DNA of 64,000 nucleotides from a virus (lineage: Duplodnaviria > Caudoviricetes). The stretch is taken from the IMG/VR virus record IMGVR_UViG_3300031993_000004, positions 64,001 through 128,000 of that record; one strand, given 5' to 3'. The notes beneath the pieces were generated by a model. That model searched no databases. It saw only the letters and a program-made list of their open reading frames with translations, and had not been told where the DNA came from. A program made the translations under genes and the position numbers. Positions 10,286-20,066 of the stretch are shown one piece after another. Position 1 is the stretch's first letter. Each line of letters begins with the position of its first letter.

Positions 10286-11218
10286 ATGGATGCAGCATTG
10301 GCAGAATTCAAAAGAAGATTATTGGCGACAGGTTTGTTTATGAAAGTTTCCGCAAAAGGACAGTATCGGTGTAAGACATGTCCGTATTGTGGTGATACAA
10401 ACAAACACATGTATGTGAAAATCGATTTGGATTCTGATATGCCTGTTGTATGCAAATGTCATAAATGCAATGCCGGCGGATTATTGAAACAAGATTGGTT
10501 GGATTATTTTGGAATCGATGATATTCAAGTCCCAAAGATGAAAGGTACACGACGAGTCTTTGGCAAGAACGGAGATACAACAATTCCAGAATTGATTGAT
10601 TTCGACAAAGATCAGGATGCGATTCAAATATGCCGCGATTATATTCTGAAACGTGTCGGAGAAACACCAACTGCGGGTGATCTAAAAGCATTCCAATTCA
10701 TAGGCAATGTTGAATCCTATGTGACAGCATATCTCGGCGGAGATACACGCGGATTACGAAATCGAGTTTGGTTCTGTTTGAATACCGGAAACATCATCGG
10801 AAGACGTCTGGATGATATCGATTCATTTAGATGGGTCAAAAAGAATTATAATGGTGATTCCAAAGGCCGCGGATTATATGTCATCAAGAAACCTGCTGAT
10901 ACATTACAGACAATCAATGTTTGTATTTGTGAAGGAATTATGGACGCAATCGGATTGTACTATCATGCTCATGTAAACAATGCGTTCTTCATTGGATGTA
11001 TGGGCAGTGAGTATAAAGCGGCGTTGAAGTATGTCATTGATCATGGTATCTTTGGAGAAAGTGTGAACATTCGGATTTACAAAGACCCCAACATCAATTA
11101 TGTTGATATCCCTAAACGGTATCGACGCATGTTCAAATCGATATCCATTTATAAGAATGCATTCGGAAAAGATTTCGGTGTTCCAGAAGATGAAATCGAA
11201 TTCGAGAAGTGTATGTGA
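10286..11218 (+). CDS. DNA primase (zinc finger + TOPRIM)
   Basis: CPYCGD...CKCHKCNAGG zinc-binding domain; TOPRIM ICEGIMDAIG; C-terminal KDFG. Confidence 0.85.
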   Translation: MDAALAEFKRRLLATGLFMKVSAKGQYRCKTCPYCGDTNKHMYVKIDLDSDMPVVCKCHKCNAGGLLKQDWLDYFGIDDIQVPKMKGTRRVFGKNGDTTIPELIDFDKDQDAIQICRDYILKRVGETPTAGDLKAFQFIGNVESYVTAYLGGDTRGLRNRVWFCLNTGNIIGRRLDDIDSFRWVKKNYNGDSKGRGLYVIKKPADTLQTINVCICEGIMDAIGLYYHAHVNNAFFIGCMGSEYKAALKYVIDHGIFGESVNIRIYKDPNINYVDIPKRYRRMFKSISIYKNAFGKDFGVPEDEIEFEKCM

Positions 11219-11250
11219 TGGGGGCTTCGGCCCCCATCTATTTATTTTTT
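11217..11250 (+). terminator. intrinsic terminator
   Basis: GATGGGGGC-TTCG-GCCCCCATC plus T-run. Confidence 0.8.
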
Positions 11251-11328
11251 CTCCATATGTATATTATTATACTGAACGGATCAAAGAATTTTCCGTTACA
11301 ATTTCTTTTTGCCGAAAGGAGTAATATC

Positions 11329-12216
11329 ATGGATTTCAATTATGGGTCTACAAACTTCCAGGTTGACACAACGAGTCTGCAAAACAATGTGCACAACCAC
11401 AAACCGGAATACGCATTTAAATATGAAATGCGGATGGCTACTGGTGATGCCAAACCCGAGTCCAGTTTAAAACAACTTGATCAAATTTACGATGTGGACA
11501 TCGAGAACCTTCAGCGCGATCGGGACGGTCTCCAAGCAAATGCTGACAGAATCGCCACAGAAATTGGCGAAAAATATGCCGATTCATGCCGAGCAGGAAT
11601 TCTGTCAATCAATAACAGGATTGATTGCATTAATTCATGCCGTACCGCTGCAAAATCGATTGCTGAACTCACGGAAGAAATCGAACAGAGACTCGGTCTC
11701 AAACTGTTTGCGGATTCACATCCGTCGTCAACACATTGGACTGCAGAAAGTGTATACACAATCGGAGAATCGCCGCTTCTTATTGTGCTTTCCGTGTACT
11801 GTATGAACACAACCGGAAATCACATTCATTTTGTATACCAGGTTGGATGGATACTCTTGACAACAGATCATCCAGAGTATCTCGCACGGCACACGGATGA
11901 CGAGAGCTATGCCGAATGGCTTGAAGGCGGCATCATGGCACATCGCTATGAATCAATATCAGGGTCCATCGTAAACATCAACAATCGCGTTGGATGTTTT
12001 CAAAGCCGCAATTATACTGCAAAAGACGGCGAGCCACTTTGCAGCACATTCGTTATGGCGAATCTTGCAGATATTCCGGACTATGAAGCCGCGAAGATTC
12101 GTCAAATTAGAGATATCATGGATGATATCCTGGAAAGTAAGGCATCCACTTTGATCTATGGTGTCGGAAGCGCCGTGTTGAGGAGTAATGATGATGGACA
12201 AAATGACAATATTTGA
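11329..12216 (+). CDS. hypothetical protein
   Basis: Start moved to ATG 11329 after AAAGGAG; promoter motif at ~11255-11270. Confidence 0.7.
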   Translation: MDFNYGSTNFQVDTTSLQNNVHNHKPEYAFKYEMRMATGDAKPESSLKQLDQIYDVDIENLQRDRDGLQANADRIATEIGEKYADSCRAGILSINNRIDCINSCRTAAKSIAELTEEIEQRLGLKLFADSHPSSTHWTAESVYTIGESPLLIVLSVYCMNTTGNHIHFVYQVGWILLTTDHPEYLARHTDDESYAEWLEGGIMAHRYESISGSIVNINNRVGCFQSRNYTAKDGEPLCSTFVMANLADIPDYEAAKIRQIRDIMDDILESKASTLIYGVGSAVLRSNDDGQNDNI

Positions 12217-12622
12217 TCGGCTTCGGGATTATGAAGATGATGCGAAGCATCTCTTTTCCGATGATGAAAGAAATGAAATCTGTTCCGTGTACAGTGGAGA
12301 ATGTGCTGCAGGTGTATTTGTTGTCTTCAAATTCTCGCGACACATAAAGAAACTGAGAATGTACAAATATAAACTCAGTGATGGAACAGAGAACATCGGA
12401 TACATTTCGAATTATAATATTTTGATTTGTATCGCAACAGATCAATATACGCCGGCAACGCAGTTCATGTTGCTGTCCGATGAAGATATCCGCAGTGCTA
12501 TCAAAGGCCTGTATATCAACGGCCCGTTTACACAGGTTGACTGCGCGGCATTTTTGGATGTCTCGCAGTCGACTGTTTCAAATATCGCAAGAGAAATAAA
12601 GGAGGAATTGAGTAATGCATGA
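12188..12622 (+). CDS. protein with C-terminal helix-turn-helix
   Basis: FTQVDCAAFLDVSQSTVSNIARE is a typical HTH. Confidence 0.7.
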   Translation: MMMDKMTIFDRLRDYEDDAKHLFSDDERNEICSVYSGECAAGVFVVFKFSRHIKKLRMYKYKLSDGTENIGYISNYNILICIATDQYTPATQFMLLSDEDIRSAIKGLYINGPFTQVDCAAFLDVSQSTVSNIAREIKEELSNA

Positions 12623-13454
12623 TGCCGAATTAATGCTGACTGCTATCCGTCAGGATGGTGAACGACTCCGGCACAAAAGATTTCATCTCAAATCTTTTGA
12701 TATGCCTGACATCAAAAGACAGTTTCCTGATGCGTACGAGACAAAGATCGGATACCAAAGACTGATCGAAGAAATCGGGCGGATCGAGTCGATCCGGGAT
12801 TTCGATGAACAGCATATTGACGATTATAAGAGAATCTCTGATACGGTCGATAAGATCGTGCGGGAACTGGATTTCACGGCCATTCAGACCGGTGATCACA
12901 TCCGAAATTTTGAATTTCCGGTATCTATTACCAGCGGCCTGGATGTGGATGACGAAGAATCTACACCCAATACGCTGACTGGTGTCATGTACCGGATCCG
13001 GCAAATCACATCCTGTAATTCTAGATCGGTATTTTATGCACCAGCCACATATTGTGGAATGGTGTTTGAATTTTCAATTCAGCATAAATACACAGCACTG
13101 AACGAACAGACCATTGTCAATTCCATATGGACAAGAGAAAAATATGACATCACTGGAATCAAGTTACTTATTTCAGCGATCCCGCTTGACAAAAGCGCAT
13201 TTCTTGAAGAGTGGTTGCCTGCACTGAATCTGGAGAAGAACTTGGGCTCAAAGGGCGCAAGGGTCATTTTTGCAATTGATCCGGAACGGGGAACCCTTGA
13301 ATACCCTGATAAGAACAGGCTTATCATTCCGGCGTGGAATTACTATAACCAGTCTGTTGCTGAAGGCCTGATTGACAACGCTGTAAAACATATCAGTGAG
13401 TCGTGCCTGGATGTTTTCTTTCCGAAGCCCGCATCTGAACCCGTCACCGAATAA
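12615..13454 (+). CDS. hypothetical protein
   Basis: 279 aa, AAGGAGG RBS. Confidence 0.7.
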   Translation: MHDAELMLTAIRQDGERLRHKRFHLKSFDMPDIKRQFPDAYETKIGYQRLIEEIGRIESIRDFDEQHIDDYKRISDTVDKIVRELDFTAIQTGDHIRNFEFPVSITSGLDVDDEESTPNTLTGVMYRIRQITSCNSRSVFYAPATYCGMVFEFSIQHKYTALNEQTIVNSIWTREKYDITGIKLLISAIPLDKSAFLEEWLPALNLEKNLGSKGARVIFAIDPERGTLEYPDKNRLIIPAWNYYNQSVAEGLIDNAVKHISESCLDVFFPKPASEPVTE

Positions 13455-13476
13455 AGAACCCCAAGGAGGAATCCAA

Positions 13477-14616
13477 ATGCCAGCCAAATACCTCAGACCA
13501 TCAAAACCGACATATTATCTAAGCTTTGCTGAAACCGCAGCAAGACGCTCCACTTGCTTGAAACGACGATATGGTGCGGTCATCGTTAAAGATGACCGCA
13601 TCATTTCAACCGGATACAATGGAGCGCCGCGTGGTCGGATAAATTGCGTTGAGATCGGGTGTCCGCGTTTGAATGTTCCAAACAATACAGAATACTCAAC
13701 ATGCCGGTCCGTCCATGCCGAAGCAAACGCAATGTTACACGCCGAATATACTGACATGATCGGATCGACATTATATCTGTATGGGTATGATGTCGTGAAA
13801 GACGAGCGTGTTAAAGATTGCGAACCATGTCCCATGTGTAAGCGCATGATCATTAATGCGCAAATCAAAGATGTCGTTGTATATGACAGAGATCTGAATG
13901 TCAAAACCTTTCATGTGAAGGACTGGACATTACCATGCAACGACGATTCCATTCCTGAGAAAGAACCGGAACTCTCCGATCCGGCGACGACGCCGTCCGA
14001 AGATACTCTGGACGTTGTTCTCATGAATAACGTTGAATCATCTAACGATGAAACAATACCATTTCTCGCGTCATCAAAACATCTTGAAGAGCTGATTGAG
14101 AAAGATCCCCAAACACAGATAACCGACGTGGATATATTGATGCGGTGTTACACGTTGTACCGCGATTCATTACGGTTTGCAATGTCAAATACGAACATGC
14201 CATTAGCATTGACAGAACTTTGTGTCTGCTTCTATGCTGGACACGGACATGTGGGCCTTGTAAATCAGAGTGCAATATCCAACTTCATGCTTGATTATGC
14301 GGGTAAAACGTTGCCTGCATATATTGATACATGTGTGCGAAATGCATTGTACAAATGCAGTCGATTCGAATGTGTCAATAACCGGTTGAGCTTTAGTTAT
14401 AATGGTAGATGGGGCGAAATCAGAAAGACAATTGATGCAACGGCTTACAAATATTTGCTTCCGGCAATTCGCGTCAGACGTGCGTTGTTACATGCAGGCT
14501 TCCTGGACGCAAATACCGAGAATCTATTGCTGAAGCTTCAGCGATATCTGAAGGAACGAAATGCGTTCCACGAAAGCACGCCGTGGGAACCCGGCATCCA
14601 ATATCCGATTTACTGA
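13477..14616 (+). CDS. dCMP deaminase with C-terminal extension
   Basis: ARRSTCLKRRYGAVIV..GYNGAPRG..HAEANA..PCPMC zinc-deaminase motifs in first ~155 aa; start moved to ATG 13477 after AAGGAGG. Confidence 0.88.
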   Translation: MPAKYLRPSKPTYYLSFAETAARRSTCLKRRYGAVIVKDDRIISTGYNGAPRGRINCVEIGCPRLNVPNNTEYSTCRSVHAEANAMLHAEYTDMIGSTLYLYGYDVVKDERVKDCEPCPMCKRMIINAQIKDVVVYDRDLNVKTFHVKDWTLPCNDDSIPEKEPELSDPATTPSEDTLDVVLMNNVESSNDETIPFLASSKHLEELIEKDPQTQITDVDILMRCYTLYRDSLRFAMSNTNMPLALTELCVCFYAGHGHVGLVNQSAISNFMLDYAGKTLPAYIDTCVRNALYKCSRFECVNNRLSFSYNGRWGEIRKTIDATAYKYLLPAIRVRRALLHAGFLDANTENLLLKLQRYLKERNAFHESTPWEPGIQYPIY

Positions 14617-14630
14617 TACAAATACTTGCA

Positions 14631-14652
14631 GTGCCCGCCATATGGCGGGCAT
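14631..14652 (+). promoter_or_regulatory. GC-rich hairpin immediately upstream of pentamer array 1
   Basis: TGCCCGCCATATGGCGGGCA palindrome without a T-tail. Confidence 0.5.
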
Positions 14653-14653
14653 T

Positions 14654-16697
14654 GTAATGTAATGGTACGGTATGGAAGAGTTCGGTAGGGTCTTGCTCCG
14701 TTCTGTGTGGGTGGAGTGCGCTGTAGTTCTGTTCCGTGTAGGTGAAGTGCACTGTAGTCCTGTTCGGTGCAGGTAAAGTCTGGGATGGTTCTGGTAAGTT
14801 TAGCAATGTGATTGCACGGTTAGGCAAACTGCCGCATTGTCTAGCTACGTATTGTGACTGTGGTGCTGCGGTTTCGCGATGTAACCTGTGGTATCGTATG
14901 GGCATGGTATCGTTGAATTCAGTAATGATTCGTTCGGCGATGTGATTGTGATGCGGTGTACCATACCGTCGCGTGGAGGTAGTGTGGGGCAGAGTGGTGA
15001 CGTGCATCGTTATGATATGTGAAGCAACTGTAAAGAGTCGTGGAGTATCGCTATGTCAAGGCAAGGCACAGTATTCTCTCGTCATGTCTCGTGGCGTCAA
15101 TGTAGTGTAGTATAGTGTGCCGTGGCGTAAAGGTACAGCGGGGCTTTGTCAAGTAATGTAACGGTAAAGTGGCGCGGTGTAAGGTCACATCGCGTTTTGT
15201 CACGTTGCGTTTCGGTAAAGTAATGTATTGTCTTGTATCGTTGGGGTGAGGTCCGGTAAGGTGCGTTATCGTAAGGCGGTGTGGCGTACAGTAAAGGTAC
15301 TGTAATGTCGGGCGCTGTCACGTTACGGCAAAGTGAATTCTGGTATGGTGACGTAACGTAAATGTTTCGTAATGTTTCATTTAGCAACGTAATGGCATAG
15401 TGAAGTCTGGTATGGTGCCGTGATGTAATGGCAAAGTGCTGTGAAGTTATGTATGGTAAAGGTATGGTTGCGTCCGGTAAGGCGCAGTAGTATATTGTGA
15501 CGTGAATGTAAGGTAAAGTGGGGTATGCTTATGTGAAGCAGCGACCCAGTAATTCAGTCACGGTATGGCGACGTAACGTAGAGTATCGTTACGTGGGGTT
15601 ATGGCAAAGTGTTGGTTAGCTTCGTACAGCTCAGTCATGCAACAGTGAGGTTTGGCAGGGTTGGGTAAAGTCATGTAAAGGCAGGGTGAGGTGTGGCAGA
15701 ATAACGTGTGGCAATGTCACGTAACGGTGAAGAATGGTGCAGTGTTGAGTTGTTCCGTTAAGTGATGGCACGGTGTTGATTAGCTTCGTACAGCTCAGTC
15801 GCGCAACAGTGAAGTGAAGTAGCGCACGGTGGAGCTATGTAAAGGCAAGGCGGGGTGTGGCGTTGAACTGTTGAGCTCTGTCACTGTGAGGTGAGGCGTG
15901 GTAGCGAGCGTATGGCAATGCCTCGTAAGGTATTGGTATGGTATGGCTGTGTCTCGCAGAGTGATGGTTAAGTGATGTTGTGTTGAGTGTTGTATCGTTT
16001 GGCCATGGCATGGTGTCGTATCGTATGGTCACGGTCGGTTCTGTAAAGGCAAAGTACGTTGTCGTCTGGTGGAGTCTCGTGGTGTCAATGTAGTGTAGTG
16101 CTCAGCGATGTCAGGTTACGGTAACGGTACGGTGCTGTTTGGTAGAGCTTAGTTTAGTAAAGGTACAGCATGGTTATGTACTGATTGATTGAGTAATGCG
16201 CTGTAATGGCATGGTTCGGTCCGGTCCTCTCCTGTTATGTAATGGCATGGTGGAATGTTGTGACGTAATGCCACGTAAGGTCTTGCAACGCAATTGTACA
16301 GCATTGTCTGGTCTAGTGCGGCCAAGTGCTGTCTGGTCTCGGTATGGTATATTCCAGTCACGATCTTTGCGGTTAGGTGTTGTGTTGTAAAGGTGCGGCA
16401 GGGTTGCGCGAGGTGCCGTTGCGTAATGCTTCGTGAGGTAATTGTACAACATTGTCTAGTTTTGGTATGGCGTAGAGACGTTCCGTAACGGTGATGTGAT
16501 GTGTAGTTCCGTCGGGTATAGTAAAGGTATGGTTCTGCGAGGTGTTCTGAAGTATTGTGAGGTCAGGTCTAGGTAAGGTAATACATCGTAAGATGCAGAA
16601 CTGTCTGGGGATGGTACAGCACATCAAAGTTATGTACTGCAAAGTTGTGTCTCGGCGCAGCTCAGTGACGATCCGCTTTGTGAAGTAACCTGAAGTT
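14654..16697 (+). repeat. non-coding degenerate pentamer (GY-NNN) array 1, candidate guide-RNA array
   Basis: From 15122: GTGGC GTAAAG GTACA GCGGG GCTTT GTCAA GTAAT GTAACG GTAAA GTGGC GCGGT GTAAG...; ~2 kb with no credible ORF. Confidence 0.9.
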
Positions 16698-16710
16698 CAG
16701 ATTTGAAAAA

Positions 16711-16741
16711 AGATGGGGCGCATCACGCCCCATCTTTTTTC
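16711..16741 (+). terminator. intrinsic terminator ending array 1
   Basis: AGATGGGGCG-CATCA-CGCCCCATCT plus TTTTT. Confidence 0.8.
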
Positions 16742-16749
16742 TTGAATTT

Positions 16750-16766
16750 CATATATATATCATTAT
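16750..16766 (+). promoter_or_regulatory. putative early promoter motif
   Basis: CATATATATATCATTAT. Confidence 0.55.
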
Positions 16767-16836
16767 AGGGAATGGGATTTCAAAATCTCATTAAGCTTTA
16801 TTCCGTACGGAATCGAATCAGAAAGTGAGGAGAAAA

Positions 16837-18255
16837 ATGAGCAACCCAATCAAAAAGCGCATTGAAAAAATTGCTGACACATGCGCAATGTCAGCAGAGC
16901 ACTATCCGTTGCTGGAAAACTGGTTTCAGTGCACAGCAGAAACTGCTCGCGAGATTGAACGCTCGCAAATCAAATCTCTCGAAGAATTTGACAGCGTGGC
17001 ACTGGCATTGTCGGCACTGAGATCGGACATTCCAATCATTGACCGGTCCACTTTGAATGAAGGTATCGATGCATTACGGTCTGCATGCGCCAGATATTCG
17101 TCAGCCACCGATGAATTCTCTCCGTTCAACGCGTTAATTGCGCAGTCGTGCAATACGTTGATCGTTGTGGGTGAAGAGATCATCGGAGCACTCACCAATC
17201 TCAAAATTCTTGAGATTGCACTCGGCATCGGCACAATGGTCCCACGTGATGCTCCGGAAGAAGACGTGGCGACAACGGAACAGGAAAAAATCGAACAGAT
17301 TTGTTCCGCACCGGTACCGGCTGAAATCACCGTCACTTTACCGGCATCAGATAAGACTATCGTTCTTTCACAATGTGATGCAACTATTCTCGAACCCATC
17401 TTTGCCCAGAGAGAACAGGAACTGCAGGAGCCGATTCCGGAAGAAGACGCGGCGGCAACGGAACAGGAAAAAATCGAACAGATTTGTTCTGCACCGGCTG
17501 ACGAATGTGAGGAAAACAGTGGCTATACTGTTTTCGGAATTCCGATCGAGCAAATCGGAGTATCCCAGGAAGAAATCAAACGTGTTACAACAGATATTCC
17601 AGATCCGCCGAAGCCTAAGAAGAAACCCAATGAACCACGTAAAGTGGGAGTGCTGGATGTCCCGACTGGGTTTACCGCGCTCAAAGTTCCGGGTTTCCCG
17701 GATGACAGATTCATGTTGTCTGTAGATAATCAAATCGTTGACCGTCGGACAGGGCGGAAGATCAAAGCAACTCTCAGACACGGGGTTGAATATGTCAAGC
17801 TTTTCCATCCGAGAGATGAACATGGGGAACAACAGTTTGTCGAGTTCCCGCTCGCGGATCTGATCTCAAAATCTACATCTACAGCGGCATTGCCGCTTCC
17901 GAAACCTGCAATGACGGAGGAAAAAGACGACACATTTGTGTACGTCGATTGGTTTCCAGGAATACCTGCTCGGAAATATAAGGTATATGCCTCAGGAAAG
18001 GTATACGATACTGTACACAAAGAGTTTATACCCTATGACAGGAAGAACGAGTCTATTCGACTTACAGATTCGGATATCGAATCCCGCACGATTGGGGTTC
18101 ATGCGGTTGTCAAGGCGCTGAAACGGCAGTCACTCGTATGGCAGGCTTTCCATAAAGAATACCGGAATCAATCCAGGGTGTACATCTCTTTCAGAGATGG
18201 AAACAGACAGAATTGTGCACTCGACAATCTGTATATCGGAAGATCTGCAAAATAA
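16837..18255 (+). CDS. protein with NUMOD4-like motifs and degenerate HNH domain
   Basis: LKVPGFPDDRFMLS and VDWFPGIPARKYKVYASGKV (NUMOD4-like); LVWQAF...ISFRDGNRQNCALDNL (HNH_3-like, His absent). Confidence 0.6.
   Translation: MSNPIKKRIEKIADTCAMSAEHYPLLENWFQCTAETAREIERSQIKSLEEFDSVALALSALRSDIPIIDRSTLNEGIDALRSACARYSSATDEFSPFNALIAQSCNTLIVVGEEIIGALTNLKILEIALGIGTMVPRDAPEEDVATTEQEKIEQICSAPVPAEITVTLPASDKTIVLSQCDATILEPIFAQREQELQEPIPEEDAAATEQEKIEQICSAPADECEENSGYTVFGIPIEQIGVSQEEIKRVTTDIPDPPKPKKKPNEPRKVGVLDVPTGFTALKVPGFPDDRFMLSVDNQIVDRRTGRKIKATLRHGVEYVKLFHPRDEHGEQQFVEFPLADLISKSTSTAALPLPKPAMTEEKDDTFVYVDWFPGIPARKYKVYASGKVYDTVHKEFIPYDRKNESIRLTDSDIESRTIGVHAVVKALKRQSLVWQAFHKEYRNQSRVYISFRDGNRQNCALDNLYIGRSAK
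17253..17497 (+). repeat. 62-bp intragenic direct repeat (17253-17314 and 17436-17497)
   Basis: Both encode PEED(V/A)A(T/A)TEQEKIEQICSAP; 3 nucleotide mismatches. Confidence 0.9.
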
Positions 18256-18330
18256 TTCCACGGCAAAATCGTCGTGCGGGTATCTTTCGTACTGAATGAT
18301 ACCCGCATGATAATATAGGAGGTAACCCTT

Positions 18331-19263
18331 ATGACAACTGCATATGAAAAATACGAAGATGTGACCGGAAACAAAGATGCTTTCATCAACCAGATAAAGT
18401 GTCATCCGGATTTCAGCGAATCATTAAATATGATCGTATGCGAACCGTCAATTTTCTATGCCGCGTCAGATGAACTTAAATCCGGCACTGTTTCGTTTGA
18501 GCATCAGTGCACGGGCCACATTCATCGCGCAACAGAGTTGGATCCCGCCAGAAAACGTGCAGCGTACGTGCTGTATCATAATAGCACGACAATGCCATAT
18601 TCAAAAGCCAAAGAACTTGCGGCTTTTGATATTGAGTCTGCGCTGGATCTGTCTTCTCTGTATCATATTGCGGAAAAGCTTGACGATAAGTTCTTCATAT
18701 TGGCTTATATGAAGCAATATGCTCGGAACGGAATCATTACGCACACGAAACCTCATATATTTGTCGCCGATATTGTGGAAGATACGGAGTATATGGACGT
18801 CACATACGCGGACGGCGTATTTTCTTCTCATCCTTCGGGTCACCACAAACGTGTATACCAACTATCCGACATTTCCGACATGCTGACTGTTGGAGATGAA
18901 ATCGTAATTGGTGATAATGCACGTGAGGAATTATCGAATGAACAGACGAAAGCCTGGTGTGATCGTCACGTAAATTGCTTGCTCCGATCTGACGGCATTC
19001 CGAATCTGGATTTGTACCATTTGTATTATTTGGATGCTGAGGTTGCTGAATATGTGGCAGAAAAGCTAAACGCAATTCCAAAAATGAGGATGCGTGTATG
19101 CAGACAATGTCATTCTTCATTCCTTCTTTCAGAATCGGAAATGCAATGGTATGCCGATAAGGGATTCAAACTCCCGAATCGATGCGGTGTATGCCGTTCT
19201 GACGAAAAACGAAGGAGACGAGAAGCAGAACGCGAAGAGTATTTCCGCGATCTGCTTTTCTGA
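18331..19263 (+). CDS. protein with C-terminal zinc ribbon
   Basis: CRQCHSSFLLSESEMQWYADKGFKLPNRCGVCR (zf-trcl-like). Confidence 0.75.
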   Translation: MTTAYEKYEDVTGNKDAFINQIKCHPDFSESLNMIVCEPSIFYAASDELKSGTVSFEHQCTGHIHRATELDPARKRAAYVLYHNSTTMPYSKAKELAAFDIESALDLSSLYHIAEKLDDKFFILAYMKQYARNGIITHTKPHIFVADIVEDTEYMDVTYADGVFSSHPSGHHKRVYQLSDISDMLTVGDEIVIGDNAREELSNEQTKAWCDRHVNCLLRSDGIPNLDLYHLYYLDAEVAEYVAEKLNAIPKMRMRVCRQCHSSFLLSESEMQWYADKGFKLPNRCGVCRSDEKRRRREAEREEYFRDLLF

Positions 19264-19305
19264 TATAATTGCCCATATGTACAACATGTATGTATGGGCA
19301 AAGAT

Positions 19306-19376
19306 GGGTTCGTAGTTTAATGGCAAAACAACGGTCTCCAAAACCGTTGATTGGGGTTCGATTCCCTGCGGACCTG
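19306..19376 (+). tRNA. tRNA-Trp(CCA)
   Basis: GGGTTCG/CGGACCT acceptor; ACGGT-CTCCAAA-ACCGT; TTCGATT T-loop. Confidence 0.9.
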
Positions 19377-19474
19377 TCAAAATAAAAGGGAGTTAAGTCG
19401 TGGCGGTTTGAATCTGCTTTTAAGGTTCGGAGTGTACCGCACCACGCTAGCCCAAAGTCCATAAACACTCATCT

Positions 19475-19558
19475 GCTGGTGTGGCGAAATCGGCAGACGC
19501 AGTAGACTCAAAATCTACCGGTGGCGATACCATGTGGGTTCGAGTCCCACCACCAGCA
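19475..19558 (+). tRNA. tRNA-Leu(CAA)
   Basis: GCTGGTG/CACCAGC; GTAGA-CTCAAAA-TCTAC; long variable arm. Confidence 0.93.
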
Positions 19559-19560
19559 TT

Positions 19561-19645
19561 CATCACAGGAGATGAGAAGTTCCAGCACTTCTTCGTGGTC
19601 CCTCAATGAAACTGCGTAGTTTAAGGGTAAAACCCCCTGTGTTGA
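19561..19645 (+). ncRNA. circularly permuted tRNA-like RNA (YrlA-like topology)
   Basis: T-arm and 3' acceptor strand precede 5' acceptor strand and D-arm; closed by CACAGG/CCTGTG. Confidence 0.45.
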
Positions 19646-19706
19646 TTCAAGGCGACATATCATGGTCTGGTGGTGGCAAAAGATGACACAGAAAAGGAGA
19701 AACGGT

Positions 19707-20066
19707 ATGGAACTGAAAAGACAAATGCCCGAGCAGCATGATGTTGTGACATTCTATATTAACAGCGATGAGTTTAACACCATGATGCTCAATCATACTG
19801 CAAACGAGTTTGTTGCGCAACGACTCAATGGCATTGCGATCAAAGAGAATGATCTGATTGTCATATATGTCGATCGCGGACAAACGCACAATCTGTCGGC
19901 AGAGCTGATGAAACAATTGATGAAATCCCTTGTCGATCAGCTTGGCTGCAAAGTTATATGCATGCCAGCTGTCGCACATCTCTCGGTTGAATCCAAAAAG
20001 GATTTCATTAATATGCTGAGAGAAACTATCATATATCTTGAAAAAGGCGATGACGAAAATAATTGA
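19707..20066 (+). CDS. hypothetical protein
   Basis: Start moved to ATG 19707 after AAAGGAG. Confidence 0.7.
   Translation: MELKRQMPEQHDVVTFYINSDEFNTMMLNHTANEFVAQRLNGIAIKENDLIVIYVDRGQTHNLSAELMKQLMKSLVDQLGCKVICMPAVAHLSVESKKDFINMLRETIIYLEKGDDENN

Noticed and set aside
14474-16642. Short Thr/His/Tyr- or Val/Cys-rich ORFs on both strands over array 1 (likewise 27567-27917 and 29051-29419)
   Set aside because: Translation by-products of the 5-nt periodic repeat; no RBS and frames break frequently
14654-16697. Canonical CRISPR array or simple microsatellite
   Set aside because: No identical 25-40-nt repeats alternating with spacers, and the units are too diverse for slippage-derived satellite
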